Assembly (NCBI GenBank): GCA_043228905.1 | Contig: JBHGNT010000013.1 | Span: 682,001-746,000, forward strand | Source of the DNA: Azolla caroliniana | Lineage: Eukaryota > Plantae > Polypodiophyta | DNA length: 64,000 nucleotides | Direction: 5' to 3' | Shown: positions 25,755 to 35,905 of the stretch, piece by piece | Position numbering within the stretch: the first letter of the stretch is position 1 | How the letters are laid out: every line of letters begins with the position of its first letter | Program-made: the position numbers and the translations under genes | The notes under the pieces: generated by a model | What the model saw: the letters and a program-made list of their open reading frames with translations, nothing else | Told to the model about the DNA's origin: nothing | The model's database searches: none

Positions 25755-26098
25755 CTGCTCTCTTCACTCTCTCTAAGTGAAGAACAAGAAAAATGAGCAA
25801 CAACAAAAAAACTATTTGCCCTAAGTCATATTTATACACATATGATTTTCGGGCTATTTACAAATATAGCCTCAAGGGCACTTGGCAAACATATTGACAA
25901 ATATGTCCCCGCATCCGGATCTCGCTCCGGGTACATACATCATCCGGCTCCGTAACCGGGGTCTTCATCATCCGGCTCCGTAACCGGGGTCTTCATCATC
26001 CGGCTTCATGCCGGGTCATCATCCGGTTCCGTAACCGTAACCGGGCTTGCCGTCATTCGTCTCTGGACATCCCATCCGGAGGGACCGATATCCCAACA
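25459..26098 (-). repeat. 3' LTR of Copia C
   Basis: TG...CA termini, contains (TC)15 and ~29-bp tandem repeats. PPT GTGAAGGGGGAG is adjacent at 26101-26112. Confidence 0.95.
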
Positions 26099-26108
26099 AA
26101 CTCCCCCT

Positions 26109-29100
26109 TCACTTCGGCATGGGATGTCTCTCCAATCCGATCCTCCTCCGGCATGCTTCCAGCTTGTCGGGTGTGAGTACTTTGGTCAGCATATCTGACC
26201 CGTTCTCGTCCGTGTGGATCTTCGTTAGCACGAACTCCTTATCTTCTATCCTTTCCCGGATCAAGTGGTATCTACGCTGGATGTGTTTCGTCCGGGAATG
26301 GTAGGCCGCGTTCTTCGCAAGGTGGATGGCACTCTGACTGTCGCAGTAGAGTCGGTACTCCTCCTGCCGGATACCGAGCTCTCTAATGAAGTCCTTCATC
26401 CATATTATTTCCTTGCCGGCTTCAACAGCCGCCATGTACTCCGCCTCCGTGGTTGACAACGCAACCGTCTTCTGCAGCCTCGACTGCCACGAAACAGCTC
26501 CCCCTGCATAAGTCATCACATACCCTGATGTGGACCGGCTGGTATCTGCATCAGCCGACATATCCGAATCGGTGAAGCCGTCGAGTTCGGGCTTACCGGA
26601 GCCGAATCGGAGGCACACGTTCGCCGTGCCCTTCAGGTATCGGAGTATCCACTTGGCCGCGATCCAATGTTCTTTGCCGGGATTGCTCATGTACCGGCTC
26701 ACCACTCCGACTGCATATCCGATGTCCGGTCTCGTACACACCATGGCGTACATCAAGCTCCCGACGGCTGAGGCATACGGCACTTTCATCATATCCTCCT
26801 TTTCAGCCTTTGTCTTGGGACTTTGCTTGCTGGACAGCTTGCAGTTTGCCGGGAGGGTCGATCCGACTGGTCTTGCTTCCGACATGTTGAACCGTTTAAG
26901 CACCTTTGTCACGTACTTCTCCTGTGACAGCCATAACTGCTTCTTGCTCCGGTCTCGGATGATGTGCATCCCTAGTATTTGCCTCGCCGGACCCAGGTCC
27001 TTCATTGAGAAGGTTCGGTGAAGAGCCTTCTTCAGCATCCGTATCTTGGCCTGGTCCCGTCCGACGATCAACATGTCGTCCACATACAGGAGGAGTATTA
27101 GAAAGTCTCCTCCTTCGAACTTCTTCACAAACACGCAGTGGTCGGACTGCGTTTTGAGGTACCCTTCGTCGGTCATGAAGGAGTCGAACTTCCGGTACCA
27201 TTGCCGGGGAGCCTGCTTCAGTCCGTAAAGGCTCTTCTTCAACCGGCATACCAGGTGCTCCTTCCCTTTCTTCTCGAATCCTTCCGGTTGCTGCATGTAG
27301 ATCTCTTCTTCGAGGTCACCGTGAAGGAATGCCGTCTTCACGTCCATCTGTTCTACCTCGAGGTCCATGCTTGCCGCTATGCTCAGCACCGTTCGGATGG
27401 AGGTCATCTTCACTACCGGGGCAAATATCTCGTCGAAGTCGACGCCCTTCTTCTGCTGAAACCCCTTCACCACGATCCTGGCTTTGTATCTCGGGGGGTT
27501 TCCGGCATCTCCCGGTTTCAGCTTGAACACCCACTTGTTACGGAGTGCCCGTTTTCCTTTCGGCAACTCCACAAGTTCATATGTGTGGTTCTCATGCAGG
27601 GAATCCATCTCCTCCTGCATGGCACTTAACCACCTGCGGCTATGGGTGTCATGCTTCGCTTCTTCAAAGCTCTCCGGCTCCCCCTCGTCGGTTAGCAGCA
27701 CGTGCTCTGGTTCCGGAAATCTCCGGGGGGCCCTCCTCTCTCTTAGAGGATATCTCCGTTCGGGAGCTTCGGTAACCGGTTCTTCCGATTCTTCTTCATC
27801 CGAATCCATTTCGGGATCGGGGCCGGTTCCGGTATCGTTTTCATCTTCTTCGGCCGGTTCTGTTTCTTCACCGTCTTCGGCCGGATCCTCGAGTGCTAAC
27901 CGGTCCCCTGCCGGTCGGGACTGCTCCTCGTAGAGTTGATCCTCACCGGTCGACTTGGAGCTCTTCATCTTCTTCTCCGACTCCCAGTCGGTGAGTGTCT
28001 TGTCCTCCATGAAGATGATGTCTCGACTCCTGAATATCTTCTTGTCGACCGGGTCCCATACTCGGTAGCCGAACTCGTCGTCGCCGTAACCGAGGAATAT
28101 GCATGGCCGGGTCTTTGGACCTAGCTTTCCTCTCCGGTCCTTTGCCACATGCACGTATGCGAGACACCCGAACACCTTCAGATGCCGGTAGGATACTTCC
28201 CTACCGGTCCACACTCTCTGCGGCGTGTCTCCATCCAAAGGTACTGAGGGTGATCTGTTTATCACGTATGTCGCCGTCGACATTGCCTCAGCCCAAAACC
28301 CCTTGGGTAATTTCGCATGTGCCAGCATACTCCGGACCCTCTCCATTATGGTCCGGTTCATCCTCTCGGCCAGCCCGTTCAGTTCCGGCGTCTTCGGCAC
28401 AGTAAACTCGAGTCGGATTCCCTTCGAGCGACAGTACTCCTGGAACTGCCCCCGGTATTCCCCTCCGTTATCCGCTCGTATCGCTTTCAGCTTCTTGCCG
28501 GATTCCCTTTCCACTCTCGCGTGAAGTTCTTTGAAGACGGACAATACTTGGTCCTTTGTCTTTAACGGTGCCGTCCACAGCTTCCGGCTATGGTCGTCAA
28601 TGAATGTTACGAAGTACTGGGCTCCGCCATGTGACTTCGTTTCTACCTGACACACATCCGTGTGCACCAACTCCAGTGGTGCGCTACGTCTCGTCGGTGG
28701 CCTTGAGTGGAAGGAGGTTCGGTTTTGCTTACCGGCCAGACAGTCGGTGCACTTCTCCAGGTGCACATGCTTCACTGGAATAAGGTTGTCTTCTGCAAGC
28801 CTCTTCATCCCCTTCTCACTCATGTGGCATAGTCTCTTATGCCACAGCTCACCGGCAGTGTCGGCTGCCACATTCAACTCTTCCGGACATAACCGGGCAT
28901 TCATCAGGTACAGTGTGTTGTCTTTCCGGGCCCGAGCCACTATCAGGTTCCCCTTGCTGAACTTCATTACGCCGTTCCGGATGCTACCTGTGTAGCCTTC
29001 ATCATCTAGCCTCCCGGCCGAAATCAGGTTCAATCGAACCTCCGGAACGTGTCTGACATCCTTCAGCAGCATTTTGCATCCGGTCGAGGTTGTCACCCAC

Positions 29101-30182
29101 ACGTCTCCTATGCCGGCAATCCGGCACGTACCTTCATTTCCCATCCGAACACAGCCATGCTCACCGGCTGTGTAGGATGAGAAGTATCTTCTCTCCGGGG
29201 TCAGGTGGAACGACGCTCCGGAATCGATCGCCCAGGTCGTCTCATCGCCGGCAATGTTTAGTTCACCTTCTTCGGTGATGAGCATGATCTCCTCTTCACT
29301 TGCCGCGAGTGCCGTCGTTCCTTTCCGGTCCTGCCCTCGCCGATCCGGACCTCTCCGGTCCGTGGCTCCCCGGTATGCACCGTTTCGTTCCGGTGACTTC
29401 TTCAAATCGGTGTCGTCGGCTCCGTTGTCTTTACGGTAATGCCGACAATTCTTTCGGAAATGCCCCGGCTTCCCACAGTGGAAGCATGTTGGCCTTCCTC
29501 TTGACTGCGACCGGGTCCCCGACTTCTCCCGTCTTTGCGGACTCCGGTTCCATTGTCTTCCCCGTTCCGATTCGGTAAGCAGCGCCTTCGAGTCGGAGAC
29601 CGGTTCTTTATCTCTCCGACGCGCTTCTTCGTTCAAAATACTTGTCTTTACCGTTTGTAGAGACAAGTTATCTTCGGTGCAGGAGGTGCTGAGAGTCACC
29701 ACCAAGTTCTCCCAGCTGTCCGGCAATGTGCACATCAGGATGATGGCTTGCATTGCATCCTCCAACGGGAACTTGATCGCCGCAAGCTGATTCACGAATC
29801 CCATGAACGTGCTTACGTGTTCCACCATACTCTCGCCGTCCCGGTACTTGAGATTCACTATCTTCCTCATCAGGGAGGTCCGGTTCAACGCATTCTTCCT
29901 CTCGTAGAGGCCCGACAGCTTCTTCCACATCTCGTATGCGTTGGTGTCGTTCGCCACGTGTTGTAGGACGCTCACGTCGACGTATTGCCGAATGGTTGCA
30001 ACGGCTTTCCGGTTCAGTAGCCTCCATTCCGTCTCAAGTACCCCCTTGGGTATTTCCGACCTGTCGATCGGTTCATACAGATCCCGAACAATGAGCAGGT
30101 CCTCCATCTTTATCTTCCAGTTGGCGTAGTTCTGCGCATTCAGCACCATCATCCCCGGCTGCCCGTTGCCGCCGCCTTCCAT
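26109..30182 (-). CDS. Copia Gag-Pol polyprotein (gag, CCHC, PR, INT, RT, RNase H)
   Basis: Single open frame from the first ATG after the PBS. Motifs CFHCGKPGHFRKNC, WAIDSGAS, HTD..DNGGE..E, QMDVKTAFLHG, YVDD, TDSD and SDMLTK. Confidence 0.97.
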   Translation of the reverse strand: MEGGGNGQPGMMVLNAQNYANWKIKMEDLLIVRDLYEPIDRSEIPKGVLETEWRLLNRKAVATIRQYVDVSVLQHVANDTNAYEMWKKLSGLYERKNALNRTSLMRKIVNLKYRDGESMVEHVSTFMGFVNQLAAIKFPLEDAMQAIILMCTLPDSWENLVVTLSTSCTEDNLSLQTVKTSILNEEARRRDKEPVSDSKALLTESERGRQWNRSPQRREKSGTRSQSRGRPTCFHCGKPGHFRKNCRHYRKDNGADDTDLKKSPERNGAYRGATDRRGPDRRGQDRKGTTALAASEEEIMLITEEGELNIAGDETTWAIDSGASFHLTPERRYFSSYTAGEHGCVRMGNEGTCRIAGIGDVWVTTSTGCKMLLKDVRHVPEVRLNLISAGRLDDEGYTGSIRNGVMKFSKGNLIVARARKDNTLYLMNARLCPEELNVAADTAGELWHKRLCHMSEKGMKRLAEDNLIPVKHVHLEKCTDCLAGKQNRTSFHSRPPTRRSAPLELVHTDVCQVETKSHGGAQYFVTFIDDHSRKLWTAPLKTKDQVLSVFKELHARVERESGKKLKAIRADNGGEYRGQFQEYCRSKGIRLEFTVPKTPELNGLAERMNRTIMERVRSMLAHAKLPKGFWAEAMSTATYVINRSPSVPLDGDTPQRVWTGREVSYRHLKVFGCLAYVHVAKDRRGKLGPKTRPCIFLGYGDDEFGYRVWDPVDKKIFRSRDIIFMEDKTLTDWESEKKMKSSKSTGEDQLYEEQSRPAGDRLALEDPAEDGEETEPAEEDENDTGTGPDPEMDSDEEESEEPVTEAPERRYPLRERRAPRRFPEPEHVLLTDEGEPESFEEAKHDTHSRRWLSAMQEEMDSLHENHTYELVELPKGKRALRNKWVFKLKPGDAGNPPRYKARIVVKGFQQKKGVDFDEIFAPVVKMTSIRTVLSIAASMDLEVEQMDVKTAFLHGDLEEEIYMQQPEGFEKKGKEHLVCRLKKSLYGLKQAPRQWYRKFDSFMTDEGYLKTQSDHCVFVKKFEGGDFLILLLYVDDMLIVGRDQAKIRMLKKALHRTFSMKDLGPARQILGMHIIRDRSKKQLWLSQEKYVTKVLKRFNMSEARPVGSTLPANCKLSSKQSPKTKAEKEDMMKVPYASAVGSLMYAMVCTRPDIGYAVGVVSRYMSNPGKEHWIAAKWILRYLKGTANVCLRFGSGKPELDGFTDSDMSADADTSRSTSGYVMTYAGGAVSWQSRLQKTVALSTTEAEYMAAVEAGKEIIWMKDFIRELGIRQEEYRLYCDSQSAIHLAKNAAYHSRTKHIQRRYHLIRERIEDKEFVLTKIHTDENGSDMLTKVLTPDKLEACRRRIGLERHPMPK

Positions 30183-30200
30183 TTTCTGTGTTACCGTCGC

Positions 30201-30212
30201 GCTCTGATACCA
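30201..30212 (-). promoter_or_regulatory. PBS of Copia C (tRNA-iMet)
   Basis: TGGTATCAGAGC, 2 nt after the 5' LTR. Confidence 0.95.
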
Positions 30213-30214
30213 CT

Positions 30215-30477
30215 TGTTGAACACCGCGCTCGGCCACAACCGAGAAATAGGATCAAATCACAGAAAACAGGAAATACGAAATGCTCCAAGACAATAGAGA
30301 GAAGAGTACACAGTATGTTTTTCGTGGAAAACCCTAAATGGGAAAAACCACGGGAGTCCTCAAACTCCAACTCACACTATACACAGAGATATACAATGGT
30401 GAAGCTACAAGGCAACAACCTTGAGCTCACTGTCTTCGCCACAGGCGGCGGCAATACACAGAGGCAGCGACCTCTTC

Positions 30478-30510
<33 letters not shown>

Positions 30511-30854
30511 CTGCTCTCTTCACTCTCTCTAAGTGAAGAACAAGAAAAATGAGCAACAACAAAAAAACTATTTGCCCTAAGTCATATTTATACACATATG
30601 ATTTTCGGGCTATTTACAAATATAGCCTCAAGGGCACTTGGCAAACATATTGACAAATATGTCCCCGCATCCGGATCTCGCTCCGGGTACATACATCATC
30701 CGGCTCCGTAACCGGGGTCTTCATCATCCGGCTCCGTAACCGGGGTCTTCATCATCCGGCTTCATGCCGGGTCATCATCCGGTTCCGTAACCGTAACCGG
30801 GCTTGCCGTCATTCGTCTCTGGACATCCCATCCGGAGGGACCGATATCCCAACA
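30215..30854 (-). repeat. 5' LTR of Copia C
   Basis: Same length and sequence as 25459-26098. Confidence 0.95.
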
Positions 30855-30859
30855 GAAAC

Positions 30860-32106
30860 AAGTAATCTTACGGGAAGCACACTGTGGGGTTGCCGGAGGA
30901 CACTATGCCGGGGAAGCAACGGCAAGGAAAGTATGGCAGAGCGGCTTATGGTGGCCCACGACGTTAAAAGACGCCGTCAAGTATGCTAAGGAATGTGACC
31001 TATGCCAACGAATGGGCCAGCCTACGGAGCAAGCACGGATGCCACACCAACCGGTACTTCCACTAGAGCCATTCCAGAAGTGGGGGTTGGATTTTGTCAG
31101 ACCGTTCAAGCCACCGGCAATGAGAACGGGTAATCGTTATGTCATCATGGCAACAGATTATTGCACTAAATGGGTGGAGGCTAAGGTCTTGAGAGACAAC
31201 ACCGCGTCATCCACAGCAAAATTCCTGTACGAGAACATTTGGTGCCGATATGGATGTCCGATTGAATTAATCAGCGACCAAGGAGGGCACTTTCTTGGCC
31301 AGGTAGTTGAAAGCTTAACAACGTTCTATGCCGTGGTCCATAAACGGAGCACACCGTACTACCCACAAGCAAACGGGTTAGCAGAGTCAACCAACAAAAC
31401 GCCCCAGAACATTCTCCGCAAAATCGTCAATGAAAACCGGACGGACTGGGATACAAAGCTCCATAGCGCGCTATGGGCGTACCGAACGGCATACAAAACA
31501 AGTATCCGGACAACGCCGTTCCGGTTAGCGTTCGGCTTAGAGGCGGTCATGCCGGTGGAATTTCAGGTACCAAGCTTACGGATCCAACTACGGGAACGGC
31601 TGAATGAAAAGGAGTCGGAGGAAATGCGGCTAGCAGCACTATGCGAACTGGAGGAGCAACGGCTTGCCAGCATCCTACACATGGAACTGGAGCAACGACG
31701 ACGGAAAGCGTTCGTTGACCGTCACCGGAAAGGTAATGAAAAGATGTTCGAAATCGGAAAGCCGGTGCTAGTATTCCAAACGAGGATGGGCAAGATGCCG
31801 GGTAAACTCCGGTTTAGATGGACAGGCCCGTATTGGCTGACATGGGAATACAACGGGTCCTATCAGTTAGGGACACTTGCCGGTGAAGTGCTAGGCAAGT
31901 GGGTCAACGGATTTAGACTAAAGCCCTATAAAGGACCGATGCCAAGTAACCCGTTTATGCAGCCCACCGGCACTATACCGGGATCCTGTCCGGGAACGGT
32001 ACGGATGGAAGAAAAAGACGACGGGCAACCCGTAGCAGAGGCGAAGGAAGACACGGCAACCCCTAAGGAAAACGGTAAGGGTCCGAAGGGACCTACGGAT
32101 GTGTAA
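30860..32106 (+). pseudogene. Integrase of element B (continuation after the Copia insertion)
   Basis: EAHCGVAGGH..CDLC, WGLDF, SDQG, GLAESTNK and WTGPY. The frame joins the upstream part once C and one TSD copy are removed. Confidence 0.92.
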
Positions 32107-32494
32107 GATCACATATCGTCAATTAAAATTTAAAAAAAAAAGAAAAAAAGAAAAAAAAAAAGAGAAATCATTAAAAATCGAGGTATGAACAGACGTGAAA
32201 GCAAGGAGCGAAAAGGTACGTAGTGGGCATTTAAGAGCCGCCACATTACTTAATACTAAATTGGTACACGACGTGCGCATGCTCGAAAAAGGCGCCAAGA
32301 CGCACAGAGAAAAAGCAGAACGCATGGAGACCTTTTCATTTCGCGAGCCAAGAAGCACAGAAGCACCAAGGCGGTTGAAGCTTATCAGACGCGAACCTGC
32401 ACTCAGAGAACCCCCACGTTCGGAACTCTCTCTCTCTCGCTCTCACTCTCATCACCACTCTACCTCGCCATCTTTCCTCGACCTCGAAGCAGAC

Positions 32495-35163
32495 ATGGAC
32501 CCACAAACGCTGTCAGAAGCGGCCAGGAAATGGCTCAGGCAACACGGATTGGATGGGTTCTTGACCATCATGGAGGCACCACCGCACAAAGAAGCCGACC
32601 GGGTCATCAAGGAGCTCGACACAGAAGTCATCACCGAGGAAGCGATCCGTGCGCTAACAGGCCTTCCGGAGGGAGGTATTTTTCAGATCGATAACCCAAC
32701 CTCGGAGCAACTCATCCGATATTTCGGTGAGTACTCTCTAGCCGGCAAAGGCTATCGAACGCAGGGCGGCGAAGATCCGCTATTCAGGGAGATAGCTCGA
32801 GTGCTCCATGAGTACGGCCACGTGTACCCCCGACCCCCTGTCATGCCAAAAAATCGGGCAGGGATGATCATAGCCACCTATGAAGGGATCAAGGTGGATT
32901 GGCCGGTGTTGATTGCAGACGGTTTGTGCGCGGCAATCGACACGGTACGAGGAAAGGACGGCAAGGAGGGCCGGAAGCTGTGGCATGCCGTAGCTCAGTG
33001 GATAACATTGCTCGCGCCGCCGGTCGAGACCGTTCAGCCAAAGAAGCGGCCAAGATTATCGGAAGGAAGCACCTCGAAGCCGGCGTCCAAACGACAGCAG
33101 CTGCTGGCGTCGAAGGCGACGAAAGGGAAGAAACGGCTCCCAGAACCGGAGGAGGTGTCACCGGTCCGACCCGTTAAGATAACCATACGGCGACCAGGAC
33201 AGAAGGAACCGGAACCCTTGACGGCACAGATACATGCCGTTATCCAGGAAGAGGAAACGGAGGAGCCAGTAGAGTACCTCCAACGACGGTCAAGAAGTAG
33301 GACCGCCGGGACAGCGGGAGAGCATTCGGACCCGCAAAAGGAAGAAACGCCCCCAACTCAACCTGAGCAAACCACAATGGAGGAACCGGAACCGGTCCGT
33401 ATAGAACCGGCCTTGTCAGCTTCTATACAAGAAGTCATTCCAACGGCTCCGGAGACGGCGAGAACCGGAACTCAACAGCCGGCGAGCCCAGACAGCACAC
33501 ACATCGGCCAAGGAGTAGAACCAGAACGGCAGATACAGGCACTCAGACCAGACAATTCCACAGCGAACGAGCCGACCCGACCAGCACAGCAGCAAGGCAC
33601 CAGTAGCATGTGGCTACGGTGGGTAGGCGAGCAGATCGCCGGAGCGGTCGAGTACATAGAGGCGGAGGAGAGAGCGCACCACGAACGGTTGCTCGTCACA
33701 ACCGTAGATCTAGAGACGGCCCGGTCCAGAATCCGGAGCCTTGAACAAGACTTGGACAGGGTCACAAGGGAAATGGCTCAATTGGCTTTGAAAACACAAG
33801 TCCAAGCACCGGTGACTCCGGGCAATGTACAGAATAAAGCGTCAGATCAACCTGTACATAGCAATCAGACCCCGGCAACGGAAACCGTTCCGGAGAGAAA
33901 TGCGGCACAAGCCCAAGAGCTTGCGGATTTAAAGGATGAGCTAGCTGCCCAAGAAGCGCTGAGGAGCCGTGAAAGAGAGTTGAAGACGGCAGCGGAGGCA
34001 GAACTCAAAAAGACTGTTGAGAATCTACGCCGGGCCGAGGAGAGCTTACGAAAAGGCCACCAAGCGTACGACCGGCTCAAGGAGGAAAAGGAGAAAATGC
34101 TGCAAGAGAAGGATAGGCTCCGGCGGAACACCGAAACAGAAGTAGAGCGCCTGAAAGAGGAACTCCGGCAGCTAAAGGACCGGGAGGACCGGAACCATCG
34201 CCAGATCAACGGCAAGCTCAAACAAAAAACGGAGGAATTTGAGCACTTGCACCGGGAGTATAAACGGATGCAAACGGAGCACAAGGAACGGACGGATGAG
34301 CTCCGGCAAGCAGTTGATCGGACCGCAACGGCATACGCTAATGAACAAGCGGAAACCAGAAGACGGTTGGAAGAGGCAGAGAAGGTTCGGACAGAGCTCC
34401 TCAGGCAACAGCAGGCGGAAAGAGAAAGAGGGCGGCAGTACTGCAGAAGCTGCAAACAACATATCAAGGGCAGCTGACGCACTACAAAGAGCAGGCGGAG
34501 GATACGGCTAATCTCATCAAGCAGTTGAAGGAGGAACGACAAGTTGTGGAAAGTAGAGCGCAAATGGGAGCAAGTCGCATCCAGGATATCATGCGGGCCT
34601 GGTTGAACCAGACCAAGAGCTTGATTGACAACGGTTCCGTCAAATGGTGGACCAAGTGGGCCCCGAACGCGGCGGAACTCCAATTGCTCCGGGCCGACGT
34701 AGAGAACCGGCGGAAGGAGGGGGATGATTGCTATATGCTGACTTCCGAAGACTTCACCGGCATAAGAGATGAGCTGGCTGAAGACTTTCAAGCCTTGGCA
34801 GAGGACCAACTAGGGCAAGTCCGGCAACTTGTAGCTCAGCTGGACGACGACAGGCTGGAGGCGCAGATCCAGTTTGAAAGCTACGAGAGGTCCCGGATCC
34901 GGGAAGAGAAAGCACGAGAACCGGTTACGGTCAACCTCAGTGATGAGGAACCGTTACTGGAAGGAGACCGGACTGGAAACAGTCAGACGGAGATGCCGGA
35001 GTCAGAGAAACAAACGGAGCAGCCGCCTAGAGAGCAGCCGGAGCAGTCTCAATCCCAACCGCAACCACAGCAGCAGCAGCAAGCACAGCCGCAACAACCA
35101 CAACCGGAAGAACAATTGGAAACTCTGGAAGAAAGTATTTTGGACAATTTGGGTGAACAATGA
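32495..35163 (+). pseudogene. Extra sense ORF of element B (~890 codons, one frameshift near 34450)
   Basis: ORFs 32195-34477 and 34525-35163, probable start MDPQTL at 32495. N-terminal domain with a VDW motif, Pro/Thr linker and long coiled coil. Confidence 0.8.
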
Positions 35164-35175
35164 AGGGGCCGAGAA

Positions 35176-35213
35176 GGGTTCGACGTACAAGGTACTGTCC
35201 CACGGGCGTGCCA
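35176..35213 (+). promoter_or_regulatory. tRNA-3'-end-like motif occupying the PPT position of element B
   Basis: GGGTTCGA-C-GTAC-AAG-GTAC-T-GTCCCACGGGCGTGCCA-TG-[LTR TGTTA]. Confidence 0.8.
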
Positions 35214-35215
35214 TG

Positions 35216-35634
35216 TGTTATCGGCCGGCAAGGAGTCCAAAATACGGAGTGAAGGAATTAATTAAGTATGGTTGTAAATAAGCATAGTATGGATGGATGG
35301 ACTGGAAACGGTATGCCGTTCCAGATCCGGACGGATCCCGAATAGGTGCGATAGGCACCGTTTTGTACTACGGGCCGGAAACCTATTTAAAGGCCCGGAC
35401 CCCATTGTAATCGCAGCGGATAATTAATAGAGCGTATAGTGTTTATACTTCTGTGTTGATTTCCGTTCTGTAATTACTGTTATATCTTACGCGTGTAATT
35501 AACAAAAGCGCTCTAATCGTGTAACCTACTTAAGTCGGTGTAATCGTTGAGTCATAATCCTATGCCGTAATCACCCTTTGGTGAAGTGTCTCCGCGACAC
35601 CTTGTGTTAGGCCTTGTCCGGTCAGAGAACAACA
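35216..35634 (+). repeat. 3' LTR of element B
   Basis: Matches 20401-20819. Confidence 0.95.
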
Positions 35635-35887
35635 TGGGTGACCTCTGGAGGGCTTGGTGGAGAGGTTGGTGTGGACTCAACTCGTGACCGAGTAGCAGGT
35701 GGCGAGGATTGCAACCGGTGAGCCTTCGATATTTCTGGGAAATACTGGTCCGTGACCGCCAAGTCGGAAGTGCCTTCGACTGGCTTAGGACGTCGGCCCG
35801 ATGGCTGAGACCGTTTGGTGCGATTGGGCGCCGTAATGGTGGCTGAAGGTTGTCTTCAACGTAGTTCGCTGTGATCTCACAGCTATA

Positions 35888-35900
35888 ACCGGGCGTGCCA
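35888..35900 (-). promoter_or_regulatory. PBS of element A, probably tRNA-Arg(UCU)
   Basis: TGGCACGCCCGGT, 5 nt after the 5' LTR on the minus strand. Confidence 0.75.
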
Positions 35901-35905
35901 AATTG

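Larger units (their letters stand above)
25459..30854 (-). mobile_element. Intact Ty1/Copia element C (Tnt1/Tork-like) inserted in the pol of B
   Basis: 640-bp LTRs at 25459-26098 and 30215-30854, identical by eye. TSD GAAAC at 25454-25458 and 30855-30859. PBS, PPT and an uninterrupted ORF are present. Confidence 0.98.
20401..35634 (+). mobile_element. Ty3/Gypsy element B, same lineage as A, inserted in the gag of A
   Basis: 419-bp LTRs at 20401-20819 and 35216-35634 (about 5 substitutions seen). TSD TGGGT at 20396-20400 and 35635-35639. Confidence 0.97.

Noticed and set aside
32195-35163. Envelope gene
   Set aside because: No signal peptide or transmembrane stretch is visible, and the protein is hydrophilic and coiled-coil rich.
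35162-35178. Purine-rich GAAGGGGCCGAGAAGGG as the PPT of element B
   Set aside because: It lies about 40 nt from the LTR, is interrupted by CC, and has no counterpart in element A. It is kept only as an alternative to test.
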